Shown here in pieces: positions 1 through 4,298 of a stretch of 5,231 bases of DNA. The notes under the pieces are model-generated. The model did not search any database, was not told the origin of the DNA, and saw only the letters and a program-made list of their open reading frames with translations. How positions within the stretch are numbered: position 1 is the stretch's first letter; each line of letters starts with the position of its first letter. The position numbers were made by a program, and so were the translations under genes. Source of the DNA: Nanopusillaceae archaeon (lineage in GTDB: Archaea; Nanobdellota; Nanobdellia; Nanobdellales; Nanobdellaceae); assembly GCA_038833255.1 (NCBI GenBank), contig JAWBIX010000028.1, positions 1-5,231 of the forward strand, read 5' to 3'.

Positions 1-164
1 GACAAAATATTTTTTATCATTTTTAAATCTCCTTCCTCTTTTGGAAATTCTGAAAGAGTTTTTTCAATATATTCTAAAAATAATAAAAAATTAGAAATAT
101 CCGATTTTTTTACAAAATTTTTATTTAAAATGCAATAGGTATAAAAAGGATCTTTTTCTTTCAT
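1..164 (-). CDS. hypothetical protein, N-terminal fragment (gene continues past the left edge)
   Basis: A reverse-strand ATG (164-162) opens a frame with 54 sense codons and no stop up to the window edge: MKEKDPFYTYCILNKNFVKKSDISNFLLFLEYIEKTLSEFPKEEGDLKMIKNIL... That is notable in DNA this AT-rich, where stop triplets are frequent. A TATA-like box lies 23-30 nt upstream. No motif I recognise. It is absent from the ORF track because it is truncated and short. Confidence 0.45.
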   Translation of the reverse strand, partial: MKEKDPFYTYCILNKNFVKKSDISNFLLFLEYIEKTLSEFPKEEGDLKMIKNIL

Positions 165-171
165 TTATATA
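164..171 (+). promoter_or_regulatory. candidate TATA box for tRNA-Cys
   Basis: TTTATATA matches the archaeal TATA consensus TTTAWATA. Its centre is 32.5 nt upstream of tRNA position 1 (200), which predicts a leader of a few nt. An alternative register is TATATATG at 167-174. Position and sequence only, no experimental support. Confidence 0.3.
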
Positions 172-186
172 TATGTTTTAATAAAA

Positions 187-194
187 ATATATAA
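187..194 (-). promoter_or_regulatory. candidate TATA box for the left-edge gene (leaderless geometry)
   Basis: The minus strand reads TTATATAT at -30..-23 relative to the A of the ATG at 164 (centre -26.5). No Shine-Dalgarno-like purine run lies between it and the ATG. Confidence 0.35.
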
Positions 195-199
195 CATAT

Positions 200-275
200 G
201 CCGCGGTGCCCGAGTGGCCTAAGGGGGAGGGCTGCAGACCCTCTTTAATCCGGGGTTCAAATCCCCGCCGCGGCT
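200..275 (+). tRNA. tRNA-Cys (anticodon GCA)
   Basis: Cloverleaf folded by hand. Acceptor GCCGCGG (200-206) pairs with CCGCGGC (268-274). T207 is U8. The D arm is CCC(G)/(A)GGG with GG in the loop. The anticodon stem is GAGGG (227-231)/CCCTC (239-243), the loop is CTGCAGA, and the anticodon GCA is at 234-236. The T arm is CGGGG-TTCAAAT-CCCCG (251-267). The discriminator T275 is U73, the classical Cys identity base. G+C is 52/76. CCA is not encoded. Confidence 0.85.
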
Positions 276-1476
276 ATTCAGATTTTAATATTTCTACAGG
301 ATCTATTTTTGATGCCAAATATGCAGGAATGAATCCAGAAATAATACAAACAAAAACAGGTATTAAAAAGGAAATTAAAAATAAATCCATCCCTAAGTAA
401 ACTTTAAAGTTGTATCCATAAATTGAAAAAGCATATTCAAAAATTTTAGATCCAAATACTCCTATTAGTATTCCAAAAATGCTAGCAAAAAAGCCAATAA
501 TTATAGATTCTAATAAAAACATCTTCAGTACATGAATATTTCTCATTCCCAATGCTTTTAAAATTCCAATTTCTTTTTTTCTTTCTATAACTGAAGAAAA
601 CATTGTATTTGCTACCCCAATTGCGGATACAAGTATAGAAACTAAAGATAATAATAAAGCAAATATAGAAACAGTTCCTATGTTTTTTGAGATAGTTTCA
701 TATAAAGTTTCTATGGTAAGGATAGAATAGTCTTTTCCAAATTCTTTATCTAAGAATTTGGATATTTCATTATAACCAAGTTTATAATCTTTTAATTTTA
801 TATAAATTTGTGAAAAACCCGAAAAGTTTGTATTCATATATCTTTTGTAGTATTCATATGGAATGAAAACACCGTAATCTATAATAAAATTTCCAGTACT
901 ATTTAATATTCCAATAACAACACATTTCTTTTCATCGACAAATAAGGTATCTCCAACATTTATTTTTGAAGAAAATAAGAAATCTTGTACAGCTTTGCCT
1001 ATTATCAAAACACATCTTTTATTATCTCTTAAATCAAAAAGTCTACCATAACTTAAAGAGAATCCAAAATATTCTATGTTTGAAATATAAGCAATGGGAA
1101 CAACATGTGCTAATACATTTGAAGATTCATATTTATATCTTAAAGTAACAGATGTTCTGCCTATTGGTAAAATATATTTAACATTATGCAAATTTTTTAA
1201 TTTATTTATTAAATTTTCAGTAAATGTATTTCTAAGATCTCTGATATTAAAGCCTAAAAAACCAAAATTAATAGATCTTCCAGCAGTTATAATTATTGCA
1301 TCACTTCCTAATTTTTCAAGTTGTACCCTTACTGTATATTCTAATCCCCTAGAAATTGAAATTAAAATAAAAATTAAAGATACTCCAATGGCAATACCAA
1401 TAGATGTTAAAAATGTTTGTAATCTTTTTCTAGTAATATTGTCAAAACTTATTTTTATTAAATCAAAAAACTTCAT
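274..1476 (-). CDS. ABC transporter permease, MacB/LolC/FtsX type (four TM helices with a large extracytoplasmic domain)
   Basis: 400-aa ORF. It has an N-terminal TM (LQTFLTSIGIAIGVSLIFILISI), then roughly 220 aa of non-hydrophobic sequence, then three C-terminal TMs. The C-terminal part carries the FtsX-domain pattern ERKKEIGILKALGMRNIHVLKMFLLESIIIG and the typical tail IPAYLASKIDPVEILKSE. The ATG at 1476-1474 lies 2 nt after the TAG (1481-1479) of the upstream gene. Its own TAG (276-274) overlaps the tRNA-Cys 3' end by 2 nt on the opposite strand. Confidence 0.9.
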   Translation of the reverse strand: MKFFDLIKISFDNITRKRLQTFLTSIGIAIGVSLIFILISISRGLEYTVRVQLEKLGSDAIIITAGRSINFGFLGFNIRDLRNTFTENLINKLKNLHNVKYILPIGRTSVTLRYKYESSNVLAHVVPIAYISNIEYFGFSLSYGRLFDLRDNKRCVLIIGKAVQDFLFSSKINVGDTLFVDEKKCVVIGILNSTGNFIIDYGVFIPYEYYKRYMNTNFSGFSQIYIKLKDYKLGYNEISKFLDKEFGKDYSILTIETLYETISKNIGTVSIFALLLSLVSILVSAIGVANTMFSSVIERKKEIGILKALGMRNIHVLKMFLLESIIIGFFASIFGILIGVFGSKIFEYAFSIYGYNFKVYLGMDLFLISFLIPVFVCIISGFIPAYLASKIDPVEILKSE

Positions 1477-1478
1477 GT

Positions 1479-2960
1479 CTAATCTCTTCCTATTCTTTTA
1501 AATATTTTCCAAGCAATTATTAAAATTATAAGACTAATAAAAATAATCAAAACTACCATGTAGATAAAATTTGAAGTTACAATAAGATTTCTAGTTCTTA
1601 TAGTTTGATTTGTAACTGTTCCTTTAGCAAATGAAAAATTAGAAATTAAATTAATGTTAGGTATTTCAATTTCATATTCTTTTTTTATTTCATTTCCGTA
1701 TGATGTTAAGTAATTAGCCATTATAATAATTTTTCCTTCATTTAGTTCTAATATATTAAGGTATATTGTATAACTATCTCCAACATCTAAACTACCAATA
1801 TAAAAAGAATTTGGGAAAATTATACAACTGGAGCAATTTACTTTTAATATTAAAGAATCTATTTTTGAATTTCCAAAATTTATAACATCTATTCCTACTA
1901 TATTGTCCTCGATTTCTGATATAATAAATTTCAATTCAGATTTTTCTAAAATTTTTACTATAATTGGATTATAAATTATGTTCTGTTTTCCTGAAGAATC
2001 TATATAAGAAATATTAATAGGGACTATCACTTCTCCACCAGAATTAGATAAAGCATAGACTTCTATTTCAATTCTTTTTTTCTCATATGGATTTAAATTA
2101 TTAATGTAAATGTAATTTTTCTTAGGTATTATCATTGACGGACTTATGAAAATAGTTATATCTTCTATTTGATCGTTTGTCGGATTGTATATTTCTAATA
2201 TTATTTTTCCATTGCTTCCAGCAGTTATAGTAGGGATATCATACTTTATATTAATAGTAGAAATTAAAGGATTTACAGGTAAATTTATTATTTTTGTTTC
2301 TAAATACGAATTTTCAAGTAAATCCTTGTAAGATAAAATTGCAGAAATTGTACAATATGATATATTTATTGGGACCTTTAATGATACACTAATTAAAAAC
2401 TCATCTAACAAATTTTCAATATATATTTCTGGAGATATTACAGGACATAATGATGAATTAAAATTTATTTTAAGATCTTTTGCAGGATCTCCATAATTCT
2501 TTATTTTTATATCTATTTTATTTATTTTTCCCCATTTAAAATCTGAATAGTTATATTCCAATATAATTTTTGGTGGATTTATAATGTATAGTGGATAAAG
2601 ATAAGAAAAAGAAAAATCTCTAGTATAGTTATAATATCTTAGATATCCTTCTAAATATAAATAGTACATACCCGAACTACAATTTTTTATAGATATTCTT
2701 AGAGGAAAACAATAAATTCCAGAAAAAGAAAAAAGATGAATATTATAAACTTCTGGTTCTATACAGCTATCACTGACTTTTATCCAGGCTCTAAGAAAAT
2801 CAACATGATTATTTTCTGAAAAACATATTGATAGAGAAATATTTGTATTTTGAGTAATTGTTTTTGGATATAATTGATGCACGCCTATATTCAAACTATT
2901 TACAGGTCTTATAAATACTATAAAAGATATCAAGATTAATAACAGTTTTAGTAATCTCAT
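1479..2960 (-). CDS. secreted, C-terminally membrane-anchored surface protein with about four tandem beta-sandwich-like (CARDB/COG1361 'S-layer domain'-like) repeats; function unknown
   Basis: 493-aa ORF. Signal-peptide-like N-terminus MRLLKLLLILISFIVFIRPVNS. Single C-terminal TM FIYMVVLIIFISLIILIIAW followed by the basic tail KIFKRIGRD. Ten N-x-S/T sequons and eight Cys. An alternating-hydrophobic strand pattern recurs about every 100 aa. The fold assignment comes from pattern recognition only. Confidence 0.85.
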   Translation of the reverse strand: MRLLKLLLILISFIVFIRPVNSLNIGVHQLYPKTITQNTNISLSICFSENNHVDFLRAWIKVSDSCIEPEVYNIHLFSFSGIYCFPLRISIKNCSSGMYYLYLEGYLRYYNYTRDFSFSYLYPLYIINPPKIILEYNYSDFKWGKINKIDIKIKNYGDPAKDLKINFNSSLCPVISPEIYIENLLDEFLISVSLKVPINISYCTISAILSYKDLLENSYLETKIINLPVNPLISTINIKYDIPTITAGSNGKIILEIYNPTNDQIEDITIFISPSMIIPKKNYIYINNLNPYEKKRIEIEVYALSNSGGEVIVPINISYIDSSGKQNIIYNPIIVKILEKSELKFIISEIEDNIVGIDVINFGNSKIDSLILKVNCSSCIIFPNSFYIGSLDVGDSYTIYLNILELNEGKIIIMANYLTSYGNEIKKEYEIEIPNINLISNFSFAKGTVTNQTIRTRNLIVTSNFIYMVVLIIFISLIILIIAWKIFKRIGRD

Positions 2961-2995
2961 TGATTTTATTATTTTATAGAAATTTTTTTAAAAAT

Positions 2996-3709
2996 TTACT
3001 TCTTTAGCATTTTTATAGCTTGATCTAAATTTACACCATCTCCAAGAATTTTTCCACCTCTAATTACAATTATTCTCTTGGCAGCTTCCGCTATTTTTAT
3101 ATCATGTGTAGCAATAATTATTGTTTTTTTTAAACCTTCATTAAGTTTTTTTAAGGTATCTATAACAATTTGAGCAGATTTTATATCTAAATTTCCTGTT
3201 GGCTCATCTGCTAATATTATTTCTGGATCATTTGCCAATGCTCTAGCTATAGCAACTCTTTGTTGTTGACCACTAGATAATTTATTTGGCCTATTATAAA
3301 TAAATTCGTCCATTTCTAATAATTTTAACAGTTCTTTTACTCTCTTTTCTCTATATTTTTTTGGTTTCCCAGATATAATTAATGGAAGTTCAACATTTTC
3401 AAAAACATTTTTATGTGGTAATAAATAAAATTGTTGAAATATAAATCCTATTTTTAAATTTCTTATTTCTGCTAATTCTTTATCAGATAAATTTTTTGTA
3501 TTTTTTCCAAAAACATAAACATTACCAGATGTTGGTTTATCTAAACAACCAATTAAATGTAAAAGTGTTGATTTTCCAGATCCAGAAGGACCCATAATAG
3601 CAATCATTTCTCCTTTTTCAATTTCTAAAGAAACATCATCTAATGCTTTTATTTCATAATTTCCTGTTTTATATATTTTAGTTACATTTTCTAATTTTAT
3701 TATTGACAT
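2996..3709 (-). CDS. ABC transporter ATP-binding protein, LolD/MacB-NBD (MJ0796-like, COG1136-type)
   Basis: I moved the start to the ATG at 3709-3707 (MSIIKLENVTKIYK...). As I recall this family, its members begin that way (MJ0796 starts MIKLKNVTKTYK). Motifs present: Walker A GPSGSGKST (3566-3592), Q-loop FQQ, signature LSSGQ (3266-3280), Walker B IILADEPTGNLD, H-loop ATHD. The 26 extra N-terminal codons in the ORF track (3710-3787) run through the tRNA gene. Confidence 0.95.
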   Translation of the reverse strand: MSIIKLENVTKIYKTGNYEIKALDDVSLEIEKGEMIAIMGPSGSGKSTLLHLIGCLDKPTSGNVYVFGKNTKNLSDKELAEIRNLKIGFIFQQFYLLPHKNVFENVELPLIISGKPKKYREKRVKELLKLLEMDEFIYNRPNKLSSGQQQRVAIARALANDPEIILADEPTGNLDIKSAQIVIDTLKKLNEGLKKTIIIATHDIKIAEAAKRIIVIRGGKILGDGVNLDQAIKMLKK

Positions 3710-3744
3710 AAATAAATAAAATAAGGATATGTTTAATTTTTTAA

Positions 3745-3849
3745 TGCCGCCGGGGGGATTTGAACCCCCGACCTCCTGGTTTCTCACAAACCCATCGTTA
3801 TCTCAATACGGTTATGAGCCAGGCGCTCTGACCGCTGAGCTACGGCGGC
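3745..3849 (-). tRNA. intron-containing tRNA, anticodon CAT (elongator tRNA-Met type; tRNA-Ile2 with modified CAU not excluded)
   Basis: The reverse complement folds as GCCGCCG-TA-GCTC-AGCGGTCA-GAGC-G-CCTGG-CTCATA[32-nt intron]A-CCAGG-AGGTC-GGGGG-TTCAAAT-CCCCC-CGGCGGC-A. The anticodon CAT is at 3816-3814. The G1-C72 pair and the TGG/CCA inner anticodon stem argue against an archaeal initiator (A1-U72 and three G-C pairs). Exon G+C is 50/73. CCA is not encoded. Confidence 0.85.
3781..3812 (-). other. tRNA intron at the canonical 37/38 position (32 nt; exact junction can slide within A runs)
   Basis: Intron sequence: ACCGTATTGAGATAACGATGGGTTTGTGAGAA. Exon CUCA (positions 32-35, 3818-3815) pairs with intron UGAG (3786-3783) to give a 4-bp helix. 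That helix is flanked by two 3-nt bulges, U36-A37-A(i1) and A(i31)-A(i32)-A38. Both predicted cuts fall after the second bulge nucleotide, as in a bulge-helix-bulge motif. Confidence 0.7.
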
Positions 3850-3871
3850 ATATTTGATTGTATATTAAGGA

Positions 3872-3880
3872 TTATTAAAA
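3872..3880. promoter_or_regulatory. candidate shared (bidirectional) TATA element for tRNA-CAT and uS11
   Basis: The plus strand reads TTATTAAAA and the minus strand TTTTAATAA. The block centre (3876) is 27 nt from tRNA position 1 (3849) and 27 nt from the A of the uS11 ATG (3903). It is flanked by the purine-rich, BRE-like TAAGGA (3866-3871, plus) and TAAGAAA (3887-3881, minus) in inverted orientation. Confidence 0.4.
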
Positions 3881-3902
3881 TTTCTTATATGTTAAAATAT
3901 TC

Positions 3903-4298
3903 ATGACAAAAAAAGAAAGATGGGGGATTGCATATATATATTCATCCAAAAATAATACAATAATTCATATTACTGATATAACTGGTGCAGAAACGATTGC
4001 TGTAGGTAGCGGTGGAATGGTTGTACATGCGGATAGATTGGAAGGAACTCCTACTGCGGCAATTCTTGCAGCAAAAATAGCAGCACAGAAAGCTTTAGAA
4101 AGAGGAATAACAGGTGTTCATGTTAAATTAAGAGCTCCTGGAGGACATAATGGTCCTTGGGTTCCAACAATTGCGGCACAATTTGCAATAAAAACTTTAA
4201 TTACTTCTGGATTGAAAATAGGTGTTGTTGAAGACGTAACACCAATTCCACATGATGGTTGTAGAAGAAAAGGAGGAAAAAGAGGAAGAAGATTATAA
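3903..4298 (+). CDS. rps11: 30S ribosomal protein uS11 (archaeal S11 / eukaryotic S14 family)
   Basis: 131 aa with the hallmark blocks [33 protein letters not shown], and the C-terminus [23 protein letters not shown]. No Shine-Dalgarno lies upstream. The stop TAA is at 4296-4298. Confidence 0.97.
   Translation: MTKKERWGIAYIYSSKNNTIIHITDITGAETIAVGSGGMVVHADRLEGTPTAAILAAKIAAQKALERGITGVHVKLRAPGGHNGPWVPTIAAQFAIKTLITSGLKIGVVEDVTPIPHDGCRRKGGKRGRRL

Noticed and set aside
206-400. Plus-strand 64-aa ORF from the ORF track
   Set aside because: Its first third is simply the tRNA-Cys gene translated (the T arm gives GSNP). The rest is antisense to the well-supported permease C-terminus. It has no promoter spacing and no recognisable motif.
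966-1501. Two plus-strand ORFs (966-1148, 1094-1501) antisense to the permease and surface-protein genes
   Set aside because: They are low-complexity Lys/Ile/Leu/Phe-rich translations and lie entirely inside strongly supported opposite-strand genes. They have no upstream promoter or SD context. Long antisense ORFs are plausible by chance given the biased codon usage on the coding strand.
2075-2081. Homopolymeric A/T tracts inside genes (T7 at 2075-2081, T8 at 3124-3131) as phase-variation switches
   Set aside because: Runs of 7-8 A/T encoding Lys-Lys are expected at this base composition and occur in several genes here. Without population data there is no evidence of length variation.
2980-2997. 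A/T inverted repeat AAATTTT-TTTA-AAAATTT spanning the ATPase stop, as a possible hairpin terminator or attenuator
   Set aside because: The 7 bp are all A-T, which is negligible stability, especially for a likely thermophile. Archaeal termination does not need hairpins. The T5 on the minus strand may cause partial termination, but that is already covered by the spacer finding.
3266-3280. ABC signature LSSGQ in place of the canonical LSGGQ, as a sign of an inactive ATPase
   Set aside because: To my knowledge a Ser at this position is a tolerated natural variant. Walker A, Walker B with the catalytic Glu, the Q-loop and the H-loop are all intact.
3710-3787. 26-codon N-terminal extension of the ABC ATPase ORF (MRNQEVGGSNPPGGIKKLNISLFYLF)
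   Set aside because: It runs through the 3' exon of the tRNA (GGSNPPGG is the T arm translated). Family members begin at the internal MSIIKLENVTK. The start is therefore set at 3709.
3781-3812. Box C/D guide RNA embedded in the tRNA intron (as known for some archaeal tRNA introns)
   Set aside because: There is no RUGAUGA box C or CUGA box D. CGATGGG and GTGAGAA are only loose resemblances, and 32 nt is too short.
200-3849. ABC operon as an integrated island, since it is bracketed by two tRNA genes whose 3' ends both point inward
   Set aside because: There is no integrase. No direct repeat of a tRNA 3' segment lies inside the interval, which is fully coding. The composition matches the flanks. 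The shared GGTTCAAATCCCC is just the conserved T arm.
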